Notes: generated by a model from the letters alone, not told the origin. 64,000 bases of DNA from Candidatus Parcubacteria bacterium (GCA_039795775.1 JBDKLC010000005.1:185624-249623); one strand, 5' to 3'. Shown: positions 1-9,598, counted from the stretch's first letter. A program made the numbers and translations.

Positions 1-2122
1 CTTTTGTGGCGTGATTGAGAATATAGGCTGTTTCCACCATTTCTACCATGAATGTAGACAATCCACGACCAATGCTGTCAGAAGCCCCTGAACGCACAAA
101 AATACGGTCTACGAGCGATATTGTAGCCCGACGTGCTGGTACGAAGCACCCTATATGCGCCATGAGTACGATGAGGGCCACTTGTCGCATATACACAGAT
201 TTTCCTGCCATATTCGGGCCTGTAATTAGCAGCAATTGATTGTCCCGTGCATCGAGGGTTGTATCGTTAGGTACAAACGATGTGTCTTTCAGACGCTCTA
301 CGACAGGATGGCGACCATCAAAAATAGAGATGTCGCCATCCGACGTAATAGTTGGTTTGATGTATCGCTCTCGGTCTGCAATTTCTGCGAAGCAGGTGAG
401 ACAGTCGATGGTCGCAATATGTGTTGCAACTTCTTTGAGTTTCACAATATGTGTTAAAACTTCATCAATTAATTCTAAAAATAATTTGTACTCAAGTTTA
501 TTGATCACATCTTGTCCGCGAAGTACTTTGTCTTCGTATTCATGCAAATCTGCAGTGATGAATCGTTCAGCATTGACTGTCGTCTGCTTGCGTACATACT
601 CCTTTGGCACCATGTCGAGATTTGGTTTGCTTACTTCGATGTAATAACCAAACACATTATTGAATCGTACTTTAAGAGATGAAATACCCGTTCGCTCACG
701 TTCACGTTGTTCGAGGTTTGCAATCCACTGTTTACTATCAAAAATTCCATCATGGAGAGCATCGAGTTCAGTAACAACGCCTCTCTTGATGAGTCCTCCT
801 TCTTTTGCATCAAATGGCGGTTGGTCGACGATGAGCGACTGAATTTTTTCGGCAATACTATGAGGCCCAGACACAGCACTGATAGATGCATGTGCCTCAG
901 CAAACAAGGCAGGAACTTTTGAAACATCCGTAAGAAGCTCGCTCACATCTTTCGCAGCATTCAATGTCACTTTGAGATTGATAAGGTCGTGTGGAGTACT
1001 AATACCAACAGCAAGTCGAGAAACAATTCGCTCGATGTCATACATAGTCTGAAGACGTGCACGTACTTTTTGACGAATACTTCGCTCCTGGATAAAAAGA
1101 TCAACGACCGCTAGACGTTCTTCGATATGCTTTTTTACCCGAAGAGGTTCACGTACCCATTGCTTGAGGAGTCGACCACCCATGGCTGTCTTTGTCTCAT
1201 CAATACATTCTATAAATGAACCTCGCTCGTCCGCATCTCGAATAGTTTTGAACAGCTCAAGATTAGAAATAGTCGATGCATCAAGAGATACATATTCGTC
1301 GGATGCATACGTTCGTACCGTCGTCACATGACTGACTTTTTGTTTCTGCGTATGACTCAAATATCCAAACAGCGCGCCTGCTGCCTTGAGAGCTTGGTCT
1401 TTGTCGTGCAAACCAAATGACCGAAGAGTTTTTACATTGAATTGTTTTTTGAAAAGTTGTTCAGCATTCTTTGCATGAGTATCCCACTCAGGAAAATAGT
1501 ACACGTTGAGTGACCGTTCTTTGCGGAGGGCTCCCAGTATTCGTGGATCATTGTATGAAGTTTCATTGACAATACATTCAGCAGGAGAGAATCGCACGTA
1601 TTCGTTTGCAATTGCTTGTTCAAACTGTTCAGTGTACGGCACTTCAGTTACTTGAAAGTCTCCCGTAGAAACATCAGCAAATGCAATACCAACAGATGAG
1701 TCACCAATAGAAATACTCATCGTGTAGTTGTGTTCTTTCGCTGTGAGTGTTTTTTCATCAAGAATAGTACCCGGAGTAACAATACGCACCACTTCTCGCT
1801 CCACAATCCCTTTTCCTGGCTCACTCACTTGTTCACAGATAGCAACTTTGTGTCCAGCTTTTACGAGTTTAGCGATGTACGCATCTGCTGCATGAAAGGG
1901 AACACCGGCCATAGGAATATCGCCGTCTTTGCCACGAGGTCGTTTTGTCAAAATAATATCGAGTGCTTTTGCACCTACGAGCGCATCATCGAGAAAAAGT
2001 TCATAGAAGTCGCCAAGGCGAAAAAGAAGGAGACAGTCGGGATACTGTCGCTTGATGTGCATAAATTGTTGCATCATAGGAGTACTAAACTCTCGTTCTG
2101 CTTCTGGCGTCGGGCTCTGCAT
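1..2122 (-). CDS. mutS: DNA mismatch repair protein MutS. The N-terminus is complete and the C-terminus runs off the window start.
   Basis: The reverse strand reads without a stop from ATG at 2122-2120 down to position 1. The ORF track omits it because there is no stop inside the window. The translation contains TPMMQQF near the N-terminus, GHKVAICEQ, VVRIVTPGT and the Walker A TGPNMAGKS. These are canonical MutS motifs. Confidence 0.9.
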   Translation of the reverse strand, partial: MQSPTPEAEREFSTPMMQQFMHIKRQYPDCLLLFRLGDFYELFLDDALVGAKALDIILTKRPRGKDGDIPMAGVPFHAADAYIAKLVKAGHKVAICEQVSEPGKGIVEREVVRIVTPGTILDEKTLTAKEHNYTMSISIGDSSVGIAFADVSTGDFQVTEVPYTEQFEQAIANEYVRFSPAECIVNETSYNDPRILGALRKERSLNVYYFPEWDTHAKNAEQLFKKQFNVKTLRSFGLHDKDQALKAAGALFGYLSHTQKQKVSHVTTVRTYASDEYVSLDASTISNLELFKTIRDADERGSFIECIDETKTAMGGRLLKQWVREPLRVKKHIEERLAVVDLFIQERSIRQKVRARLQTMYDIERIVSRLAVGISTPHDLINLKVTLNAAKDVSELLTDVSKVPALFAEAHASISAVSGPHSIAEKIQSLIVDQPPFDAKEGGLIKRGVVTELDALHDGIFDSKQWIANLEQRERERTGISSLKVRFNNVFGYYIEVSKPNLDMVPKEYVRKQTTVNAERFITADLHEYEDKVLRGQDVINKLEYKLFLELIDEVLTHIVKLKEVATHIATIDCLTCFAEIADRERYIKPTITSDGDISIFDGRHPVVERLKDTSFVPNDTTLDARDNQLLLITGPNMAGKSVYMRQVALIVLMAHIGCFVPARRATISLVDRIFVRSGASDSIGRGLSTFMVEMVETAYILNHATK

Positions 2123-2180
2123 ATTGGATGCATTATAACATTTAAAATTTGTGAGCCGAAAAGATGAGGGAAATATGAGA

Positions 2181-2230
2181 AAAATATAAAACCCCTGGAG
2201 CCGAAGCGCTCCAGGGGTGCATGTTTTATT
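2181..2230 (-). terminator. Rho-independent terminator downstream of the methyltransferase gene.
   Basis: A perfect GC-rich inverted repeat, cccctggagc and gctccagggg, has a short loop. It is flanked by A-rich and T-rich runs. Confidence 0.6.
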
Positions 2231-2242
2231 TGTATTTGTGGG

Positions 2243-3136
2243 CTAGCCGACCGTAGGGGTTGCCACAAACATGTTGTATCGGTTCAGGCCGAGCTGGCCG
2301 CACGACAGCAGACGGTTGTCGCCCACGAGTTCTTGGTCGTCCACGTTCCAGCCGTTGAGGCGTAGTAACGTTTCAAACTCATCGCTTGGTGCAGTGGCCC
2401 ACGGCAGAGGGAGGTTGCGTCCATATTTCAGGACACGCTCCATGAAGTAGGCATTGAGCAGCTGGATGTTGGTCTCCAGGAAACTGCCATCGAGTGGCAC
2501 AGGCTCCACAAACACCACCGGCCCTTGGACAGCTTTCCGCAGCGCTTTGAGTGTCGCCACTCTGGATTCGGGTTCGATGTAACTGAGCACATCTACCACA
2601 AGAGCTCCAGTGAACTGATCCTTTGAGAAGCCCATTCCGTCTGGAGTGCCACCCAGCTGATGGAAGGGCACTCTGCAACCAACATCCTGTTGGTCAGTGA
2701 GGTCTGCTCCGAGCACATCGATTTCACTTTGCAGTTGAAGCAACTTGCTGATAGCAGCGTCGCCGCAGCCAAAGTCGAGCACGATGCCACCCGTGTGGGT
2801 GAGGTGCGGTGCGACCAGAGTGTGAATCTTTGATGCACGTTCCTCAAAGGCTGATGCCAAAGCGGTGGGGAAGTGTTTTCCTTCCAGTCCGCGTGTGTTT
2901 ATCCAAAGACCCTCGAGCATTGCATTTGCAATATATTCGATGGTCTCAAGTGGACAATTTCCGACTTGGTAGATCGTCAGCATCGCTGGCACGACTTTTT
3001 CTGCGTTATCTGCAGCGACACCGATGTGTTTGAGCATCGCGATCCAATCCTCTCGAATTCGGTCACGAACTTGGCTTTGTTTGAGCGCAGCTTGAATGAG
3101 CTGCAGCATATCTTCTAACGGGCGTGGTTGCGCCAT
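2243..3136 (-). CDS. SAM-dependent methyltransferase (class I).
   Basis: A 297 aa ORF carries the motif VLDFGCGDAAISKLL, which is a glycine-rich SAM-binding motif I. The gene is GC-rich relative to its surroundings. A canonical SD, AAGGAGGT, sits 4 nt upstream of the ATG. Confidence 0.7.
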   Translation of the reverse strand: MAQPRPLEDMLQLIQAALKQSQVRDRIREDWIAMLKHIGVAADNAEKVVPAMLTIYQVGNCPLETIEYIANAMLEGLWINTRGLEGKHFPTALASAFEERASKIHTLVAPHLTHTGGIVLDFGCGDAAISKLLQLQSEIDVLGADLTDQQDVGCRVPFHQLGGTPDGMGFSKDQFTGALVVDVLSYIEPESRVATLKALRKAVQGPVVFVEPVPLDGSFLETNIQLLNAYFMERVLKYGRNLPLPWATAPSDEFETLLRLNGWNVDDQELVGDNRLLSCGQLGLNRYNMFVATPTVG

Positions 3137-3254
3137 ATATACCTCCTTGTTTAGGTTTAGACTACGGGTTAAGAAGGCACCAATACAGATGTAAGGTGCT
3201 TTTCGTATACTATTATACTACAAAACGTGTAAAAAGTAAAGCGTATGAAGGTGT

Positions 3255-3503
3255 ATGAAAGCGTTTCAAATCGTGTGTCCGACATGTACAATTGTATACA
3301 TCATGAATATACATACACTTGCTCACAACGGAGTCATCCATACAAGTGCGGCCGAATCAGCAGCACACGTTTCAGCGAATACATCATCAGTACCAGCACA
3401 TTCTTTTGTAGAACATCACGCAGTACATATAGTTCTTATTGGTGCTGCAATTTTGTATTGCGTATATCTTATTATCTCAGATCGTATCAATCGGGCTCGC
3501 TAA
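3255..3503 (+). CDS. Hypothetical small His-rich protein with a C-terminal TM helix.
   Basis: An 82 aa ORF lies in an otherwise unannotated 350 bp gap. There is no homology signal, and an overlapping ORF occupies an alternative frame. Confidence 0.25.
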   Translation: MKAFQIVCPTCTIVYIMNIHTLAHNGVIHTSAAESAAHVSANTSSVPAHSFVEHHAVHIVLIGAAILYCVYLIISDRINRAR

Positions 3504-3894
3504 GGTATTTAAGATAGTAATCTGCGTTGTTTGAAGAGGCAGTCTTAAAGTGGTGAGTGAATACCATGATACCAATAATGACAGCTGCAACTGCTGTTAC
3601 AAGGACGAATGCTGCAAGAGTATCTTTTATTTTTCCAATGATGGGGTCATGTGCTGGTTCTACTTTATTACACAAATCTTCGATAGCAGTATTTACGATT
3701 TCTGCTCCAAGCACCATTACAATGGCCAAAATAAGAAGTGAAGATTCGACAAAAGAAAAATCAAAATATACTGAACAAAGAATAACGACGAGAGCCGCCA
3801 ATATATGAATTTTGAAGTTGTGTTCTTCTCGGGCTACAGTGGCAAACCCTCGGAGGGCGTGCTGAAATGATCGGAGTACTTTTTTGATTATCAT
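3487..3894 (-). CDS. dgkA: Diacylglycerol kinase / undecaprenol kinase family (DgkA).
   Basis: The protein is 135 aa with three predicted TM helices. It carries the motifs AREEHNFKIH and EIVNTAIE that are typical of prokaryotic DgkA. Confidence 0.75.
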   Translation of the reverse strand: MIIKKVLRSFQHALRGFATVAREEHNFKIHILAALVVILCSVYFDFSFVESSLLILAIVMVLGAEIVNTAIEDLCNKVEPAHDPIIGKIKDTLAAFVLVTAVAAVIIGIMVFTHHFKTASSNNADYYLKYLSEPD

Positions 3895-3925
3895 TGCCTT
3901 ATTTTAATTTACTATTTCTTTAGTA

Positions 3926-4840
3926 TTAATTGAAGATAAGTAAGAGATAATTATCGAGATCTCGTTGGTCGAAGTCATAGAAGAATTTTCCTTCACGCTT
4001 TAGTCGACTCGCAAGGTCTACACCCACAAATCGCCAATGCCACGGTTCATATATATAGTATTTGTTGTTTGGTGGATATGAAAGAGTGAATCCATATGAA
4101 TGAGCATTATTCATAAGCCATGTATACGCTGGAGTTTTTTCAAATCCGTCGAATGAAGCGCCTGTAGCTGATGTTGTGAAGTCGAGAGTAGTTCCGAGTT
4201 GGTGTTCTGAATATCCTTGGTCTGCAGAAAATTTATTTGCTGTTCCTGCACCATATGTAACTTTGTAGCTCGATTTGAGTTGTGCCTGAGTATTGAATGA
4301 TCGATACGCTGAAGCAACTTGAATATCGATACCTTGATTTCGAGCCGAAGAAATCATTTGCTGAAGGTAGGGAGCAACTTTAGAATGAATTTGAAGATCA
4401 CTACTCTTGTTGAAGAGGAACTGAGGAGCAATAGGAGAGAGAGCGTCAGGAGTGTAGTGTTCATTAAGGAAATAAATCTTTGAATATTTTTGAAGAAGTT
4501 GAGGATCAGTTTTACTCAATTTATCTAGTGTTCCGACAGTATCATACACACGTCCGATTTGTTCTTGAACAGTACTATTTTTTGATTGTTCTGTAGCAAG
4601 CACATCTTTGAGAGAAGCACTCTCACCACTAAGTGTGAGCACAATATCATTGAGGGCTTGAATTTTACTTTCTATATTGAGTGTCGATGATGCGATGAGC
4701 TGATCTCGTACGGTTATTTCGTCTTTCAGTTGTCTGAAACGGTACTCGCCGTAAATAGATGCTCCTAATGACAATACAACAATGGCTACTCCAAGAAGAA
4801 CATGTGTCCGTGTTGGAAAATGGCTTAAATGAGGGTTCAT
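3926..4840 (-). CDS. D-alanyl-D-alanine carboxypeptidase, VanY/peptidase M15B family, membrane anchored.
   Basis: An N-terminal TM anchor is followed by a coiled coil. The catalytic region carries SAYRSF, SEHQLGTTLDF and EPWHWRFVG. Confidence 0.75.
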   Translation of the reverse strand: MNPHLSHFPTRTHVLLGVAIVVLSLGASIYGEYRFRQLKDEITVRDQLIASSTLNIESKIQALNDIVLTLSGESASLKDVLATEQSKNSTVQEQIGRVYDTVGTLDKLSKTDPQLLQKYSKIYFLNEHYTPDALSPIAPQFLFNKSSDLQIHSKVAPYLQQMISSARNQGIDIQVASAYRSFNTQAQLKSSYKVTYGAGTANKFSADQGYSEHQLGTTLDFTTSATGASFDGFEKTPAYTWLMNNAHSYGFTLSYPPNNKYYIYEPWHWRFVGVDLASRLKREGKFFYDFDQRDLDNYLLLIFN

Positions 4841-4905
4841 GCCGATAATTGTATCATATTAAAAAACGATCATATTCGTAGAATGAAGCGTGATATACTT
4901 TTTAT

Positions 4906-5859
4906 ATGAAAAAAGGAATTATTATTCTTGCTAGTTTTATTCTTATTGCTGGTGCAGCGGGGAGTATAGTTTTATACACAAATTCATTGCCACAGCAGGC
5001 CGAAGGTCCACAAATCGCTACTTCGACAGACACTGATGTAACAGGTACGACTGATGTAAAGAGTCAGCAAACAAAAGATGAAGAAATTGCGTTGCAAGTA
5101 AGTACATTACTTTTTACAACTATCTATAAGACTACTATCGATGCGCGGACATTGGGTACACCTTCGACACCAACAGTGGGGTACAGGGTAAACGAACATA
5201 TTTTATTGATTTCAAAAAATCCTGAACCTCTTCGGAAGTATCTTTCATTAAATAAAGATATGAGTGCCCCTGTGCAGGAACGATTGTATAAAGAGTATGT
5301 GCTTTCTCTTGTCCTTCCTCGACCAGCGCAACAAGACAATTTTGATGAATACTATAATGATATGCTCAAAGAAAAAACTACATACGAAGAAATAGATACC
5401 ATGTATTCTGTAGATGCATACCAAACAAGCAGTACTACATATTCTGTCATTATGACAAATTTTTCGATGAGTGGGGCATACAATCTCGATCAACATCTCT
5501 ATACATTTTCTCCAAAAGATTATGTTCTTAAGCCTGCTACATTATTTTCAGTTGAAAATAATAAATTGGTAAAACAATCAGGAAAAGATCTAACAAACGT
5601 GTATGTTGATGATAGAGATCCAACAACAGTCCACCTTCTTGGATTCAGAGCTTTTGGTCTGTGGCCATGCTTTATAAATGAAGCATACAAACTCTATGGA
5701 GATAGATTTATTGTTGTATCAAAGACTCAGTTGAAAGGATGTATTGGCACATCGATAGATAGCCCCGATGATATTCCTGAAAACTTTGATGAAACTCCTG
5801 TCGTTATTTATACGACACCTGCATCTATGATAGAGAAGGTAAAGCAGGCAGCTTTATAA
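4906..5859 (+). CDS. Hypothetical secreted or membrane-anchored protein.
   Basis: The 317 aa protein begins with the signal/anchor MKKGIIILASFILIAGAAG. No recognisable motifs were found. Confidence 0.55.
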   Translation: MKKGIIILASFILIAGAAGSIVLYTNSLPQQAEGPQIATSTDTDVTGTTDVKSQQTKDEEIALQVSTLLFTTIYKTTIDARTLGTPSTPTVGYRVNEHILLISKNPEPLRKYLSLNKDMSAPVQERLYKEYVLSLVLPRPAQQDNFDEYYNDMLKEKTTYEEIDTMYSVDAYQTSSTTYSVIMTNFSMSGAYNLDQHLYTFSPKDYVLKPATLFSVENNKLVKQSGKDLTNVYVDDRDPTTVHLLGFRAFGLWPCFINEAYKLYGDRFIVVSKTQLKGCIGTSIDSPDDIPENFDETPVVIYTTPASMIEKVKQAAL

Positions 5860-5943
5860 AATACATACAACAAAAATCCACCGTCAACGACAGGGATTTC
5901 TGGGTTGAAAGTGGATGTGGATGTATGAGCAATTTGGGTTGAA

Positions 5944-6435
5944 TCACTCACGACATATGAAGATCGCTCCTTTTTGATTTCCCTTTGTAATGGAAACTTT
6001 AAGGAGGGCTTGAATACTTGGAATTTTATTCTCCCAAATGTGATGGATCGCGGCATTGTTGCCGTTACCGAGTCTCACCATAAAGATGTCATCGTTGTCG
6101 ATCGCAAGTTGCATAAAGCAAGCGATGAGTTGAATGCTGTAGCCATTTCCTCGGAACTTTTCTGGCACATAGACCGAGAATACCTTCCAAATCTGCTGCT
6201 CCTTTTGGAAGAAGACGTGGCCGATGAATTCTCCTGCATCGTTGTGGAAAAGAAGCCCGTCGTAGCCCATGAGATTCATGAGGACGAGGAGCACCCAATC
6301 AGGTAGCCAGTTACGGAACCATCGGGTCTTGAGGTCGAATGCGCTGCCTTTGTCGGGATTGCGAATACATGTAGCAACGTATGCGCGTTCTGCTTGGTGT
6401 GCTTTTGTGAGTGCACTAACTCGTTGGGTTTTCAT
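5944..6435 (-). CDS. GNAT-family N-acetyltransferase (putative).
   Basis: The 163 aa protein contains FRGNGYS, which is an acetyl-CoA binding Q/RxxGxG/A-like motif, within a GNAT-sized fold. The assignment is a weak inference. Confidence 0.5.
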   Translation of the reverse strand: MKTQRVSALTKAHQAERAYVATCIRNPDKGSAFDLKTRWFRNWLPDWVLLVLMNLMGYDGLLFHNDAGEFIGHVFFQKEQQIWKVFSVYVPEKFRGNGYSIQLIACFMQLAIDNDDIFMVRLGNGNNAAIHHIWENKIPSIQALLKVSITKGNQKGAIFICRE

Positions 6436-6568
6436 AATCGTAAAGAATCTCCGGTTGACTGATGCGTCATTGCGTCAGTTTTTCTGGATACAGAGTACAA
6501 TATGGTTTTTGTTTTGTAAATGTCTCTCTCATCTGTCACTTATCCATGTAAGATGATAAAATTTTGAT

Positions 6569-8080
6569 ATGAAATTTATCGACAACTTTTTGAACTCAGT
6601 CACTATGTACAATCTGGTACTCAAGTGCCTTTGGGTGATTGCGGGTGTAGCTATTGTATTAGGTGCGTTTGGTGTTATTCCATATAGTCCATTATCTCTT
6701 ATCGGTTCATTCCTTACGCTTGCAGTTGTGAGTTGGGCTGTGAATGGACTTTTTGCACATATTTTTAAAGTACCTGCAAACGTTGAATCATATTCGATCA
6801 CAAGTCTCATTTTGTTCTTCATCATGCCGCCAGCAACATCTATCGCTGGGTACGGTGTGCTCGCTCTTACGGCTGCAATTGCAATGGCATCAAAATATCT
6901 GCTTGTTGTGCATCATACACATATTGCTAATCCTGCAGCGTTTGGTGCATTTGTAGTTGGTCTTATAGGATTTGGTGACTCGTGGTGGGTGGGCAACTAC
7001 ATGTCTCTCTATCCATTTCTCATTGTGGCAGGTGCTCTTATCGTAAAAAAGATTCGTCGATGGCCGCTCTTTATCGGGTATGCTCTTGCTGCACTTGTCG
7101 GTTCGTCTATAGTCGCTCTACTCAATGACTTGAGTGTTCCAAGTGTTGCTCTAGGTGTTCTCACCAACGGTGCACTTATATTCTTGGGAACAGTGATGCT
7201 TACAGAGCCGCTGACAATGCCTTCGACTCGAAAGATGCAAATCATCTATGGAGTGATCGTAGGATTCCTTGCTACATTCACCGCGGGCGCCTTCTATGTT
7301 TCTCTCGAGCTTGCTCTTATTATTGGAAACGTATTTGCGTTTGTCGTGAGTCCAAAGTTTCGACTCAAACTGACACTTGTTGCAAAGCGTGCCTTATCAC
7401 CTGATATTCATGAGTTTGAATTTTCTTCAACTGAAAAAATACAGTTTGACCCAGGGCAGTATCTTGAATGGACATTAGCGCATCAGGGTCCAGACTCTCG
7501 AGGAAATAGACGATATTTTACGGTAGCGTCATCTCCGACTGAACAAACAATAAAGCTTGGTATTCGACTTGCTCCAGAAAAGGGAAGTTCATTCAAAAAC
7601 GCTCTTGTTGGTCTTGAAGTAGGACATGCTATTTTTGCAGGACAAATTGCTGGTGATTTCGTGTTGCCAAAAGATACATCAAAGAAAATAGTATTTGTAG
7701 CTGGTGGAATTGGTGTGACTCCATTTAGAAGTATGGCGAAATATCTTATCGACTCAGGTGAAAAACGAGATGTAACTCTTTTTTATGCAGCAATGACTCC
7801 TCAGAGTTTTGTATATTCAGATGTGTTTGCTGAAGCTGCTCAAAAGTTTGGTATGAAAACAGTCAATGTACTTTCTGGTGCAAAAGAAATTCCGCAAGGA
7901 TGGAATGGGGAAGCCGGTTTCCTTACTGCTGACATGATTAAAAAATATATTCTAGAATATACTGATCATTTGTTCTATCTCTCTGGTCCAAATGGTATGG
8001 TAATGGCGTACAAAGACATGCTCAAGAAGGCTGGAGTTATTGAAACAAATATTCATACAGACTATTTCCCAGGGTTCTAG
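6569..8080 (+). CDS. Membrane oxidoreductase. An N-terminal polytopic domain resembling the RnfD/NqrB (NQR2_RnfD_RnfE) family is fused to a C-terminal FNR-like FAD/NAD(P)-binding domain.
   Basis: The protein is 503 aa. The first roughly 270 aa are multi-TM and contain MLTEPLTMPSTRK, which resembles the D/E-P-x-T-x-P motif seen in RnfD/NqrB proteins. The C-terminal half carries RRYFTVASSP (the RxYS FAD motif), GGIGVTPF (the NAD(P) motif) and YLSGPNGMV. Confidence 0.7.
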   Translation: MKFIDNFLNSVTMYNLVLKCLWVIAGVAIVLGAFGVIPYSPLSLIGSFLTLAVVSWAVNGLFAHIFKVPANVESYSITSLILFFIMPPATSIAGYGVLALTAAIAMASKYLLVVHHTHIANPAAFGAFVVGLIGFGDSWWVGNYMSLYPFLIVAGALIVKKIRRWPLFIGYALAALVGSSIVALLNDLSVPSVALGVLTNGALIFLGTVMLTEPLTMPSTRKMQIIYGVIVGFLATFTAGAFYVSLELALIIGNVFAFVVSPKFRLKLTLVAKRALSPDIHEFEFSSTEKIQFDPGQYLEWTLAHQGPDSRGNRRYFTVASSPTEQTIKLGIRLAPEKGSSFKNALVGLEVGHAIFAGQIAGDFVLPKDTSKKIVFVAGGIGVTPFRSMAKYLIDSGEKRDVTLFYAAMTPQSFVYSDVFAEAAQKFGMKTVNVLSGAKEIPQGWNGEAGFLTADMIKKYILEYTDHLFYLSGPNGMVMAYKDMLKKAGVIETNIHTDYFPGF

Positions 8081-8090
8081 ATAAAAGAAA

Positions 8091-8150
8091 ACCGCCAATT
8101 CATACAGGTTGTCAGGCTGCATGAACGGCGGCTTGTTTTCTTCGGAGTCG
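8091..8150. terminator. Imperfect hairpin between convergent genes.
   Basis: ccgccaattcat pairs with atgaacggcgg, followed by cttgttttc. Confidence 0.35.
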
Positions 8151-8176
8151 GAGGACGAGTCCTCTTGTGCTGTGGT

Positions 8177-8839
8177 TTAGGTGACCTCTCCATCGAGCGG
8201 TTGCACGTTGGGGACGAGCGGACCTCGTGGCTGTGGAAACGCCCTGTTTGCACGGGTGCGCAAGGTGCCGAGCACCCAATCAGCAAATGGCAGGACAACG
8301 TTGAAGTTGTTGTCAGACATATACCGATGATGGAGTAAGTGATGACCGTTGAGCTTTTTGAAAATCCAGCCCACCAGTTTGAACTTAAACAGACGGCGTG
8401 GTCGCGGCAGGTGCATGCACCAGTGAAGGTATTCATACGTTGCATAGTATGCTGCAAGCACTGAGGCCAAGGTGATCATAGGCCACCACACACCCATCCA
8501 GATGCCCAAAGGCAAGAGTGGAAGAGATGCGATGACGATGAGCACGGGTCCATTCCACGGTGCCATTGGAATTGTTTTGGCATCTACGGGTCTTTGCAGC
8601 TCGTAGGTTTTGTCGGATCTAAATGTTCTGTGATGCACACGGGCGTGCGCGTCATAGGCATAGTTGAATCCAAAAAATGGTTGGTGCATGACGTAGCGGT
8701 GCAGAAACCACTCGAAGAACGATGTGTAGAGCACACATCCGATGAGAGTTAATGTGAAGATCATATGAAATGAGCGTTGGTTGTTTGTCAGAATCAGTGA
8801 AGTGCTGTTTTGGACGGTAGATTGCAGAATGACGCACAC
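8177..8839 (-). CDS. Fatty acid hydroxylase / sterol desaturase superfamily membrane protein. The exact start is uncertain.
   Basis: Three histidine boxes are present: HRYVMH, HARVHH and HHLLHH. The protein has several TM segments. The gene is GC-rich relative to the genome. Confidence 0.65.
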   Translation of the reverse strand: MCVILQSTVQNSTSLILTNNQRSFHMIFTLTLIGCVLYTSFFEWFLHRYVMHQPFFGFNYAYDAHARVHHRTFRSDKTYELQRPVDAKTIPMAPWNGPVLIVIASLPLLPLGIWMGVWWPMITLASVLAAYYATYEYLHWCMHLPRPRRLFKFKLVGWIFKKLNGHHLLHHRYMSDNNFNVVLPFADWVLGTLRTRANRAFPQPRGPLVPNVQPLDGEVT

Positions 8840-8914
8840 GCGTATTCAGGTCCGTTCGTAGTATACACGAAATTGTGCGTTATGATTATTTAAAAGTTAT
8901 TGAAAAAGTAGGTA

Positions 8915-8962
8915 ACAGAAAACCCACCATATCGCAGATGGGCATCTGTGATACGGTGGGTG
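8915..8962 (-). terminator. Hairpin terminator downstream of the 9060-9524 gene.
   Basis: An 18 bp stem with two mismatches pairs cccaccatatcgcagatg with catctgtgatacggtggg. The minus strand is T-rich after the stem. Confidence 0.45.
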
Positions 8963-9059
8963 ATTACATCATCCCACGTAGCGGCTCCTTCCGGTGTAAT
9001 AACCATTAGGGCCGACTTCATACTGGTATTTTCCGATACGTTGCCAGATCATAGTGTTG

Positions 9060-9524
9060 TTAAGCGTTGGCTTTCTCAGCGTTGTGTTGCGTGACATCTT
9101 GTCCACGCCAGAATGTCCAGGAAGCGGAGCATCCGAGGTGCGACACTTTGAGGCCGACGATTCCGAGGAACGTCGTGGAGATCATCCAGAGATTTCCTTC
9201 TTGGTGAGTCAGGACGATGCTGTTGTAGAGCACCACTTCTTCATTGAGGAAGTCGCCTTGAGTGTGGAAGAACCAAGAGCCGAAGCTCGAGTGTTGAAAC
9301 CACATCATGATCATGGGAAACATGATGATGAAGCAGGCGATCATGGTTGCTAGTGAGATTGCCCACAGCAAGGGCCAATACCAGGCGCCTTCCGTTTTTC
9401 GGATGGAGCGCAGGGCGTTGGCAACATGGGTGCTGATATTTTGGAACGCGATTATGAGGCTAAACGGTAGGACCCACAGCGAAGTGAGACCGAGGAGTAG
9501 TGCGGTGATGATGACGAGGTGCAT
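9060..9524 (-). CDS. Hypothetical polytopic membrane protein.
   Basis: The 154 aa protein has 4-5 predicted TM helices and no recognisable motif. It is GC-rich like the neighbouring hydroxylase gene. Confidence 0.5.
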   Translation of the reverse strand: MHLVIITALLLGLTSLWVLPFSLIIAFQNISTHVANALRSIRKTEGAWYWPLLWAISLATMIACFIIMFPMIMMWFQHSSFGSWFFHTQGDFLNEEVVLYNSIVLTHQEGNLWMISTTFLGIVGLKVSHLGCSASWTFWRGQDVTQHNAEKANA

Positions 9525-9552
9525 ATTATGTGATATTCAGGTTGTGTTGAGT

Positions 9553-9598
9553 TTAAAACTGCTTGTAAGACACAATGTCTTACGTCTTAGAAGCAGTT
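9553..9598. repeat. Nested inverted repeat (compound hairpin) in the intergenic region.
   Basis: aaaactgctt pairs with aagcagtttt as an outer 10 bp stem. gtaagaca pairs with tgtcttac as an inner 8 bp stem. Confidence 0.5.

Noticed and set aside
2379-2847. ORFs 2379-2678 and 2593-2847 on the minus strand, inside the methyltransferase gene.
   Set aside because: They lie in alternative frames fully overlapped by the longer motif-bearing ORF at 2243-3136. GC-rich DNA generates long spurious frames.
3245-3517. A 90 aa plus-strand ORF in an alternative frame of the 3140-3490 gap.
   Set aside because: The translation is rich in Cys, Ser, Tyr and Arg with no hydrophobic core or motif. It overlaps a more plausible small-membrane ORF, though even that is low confidence.
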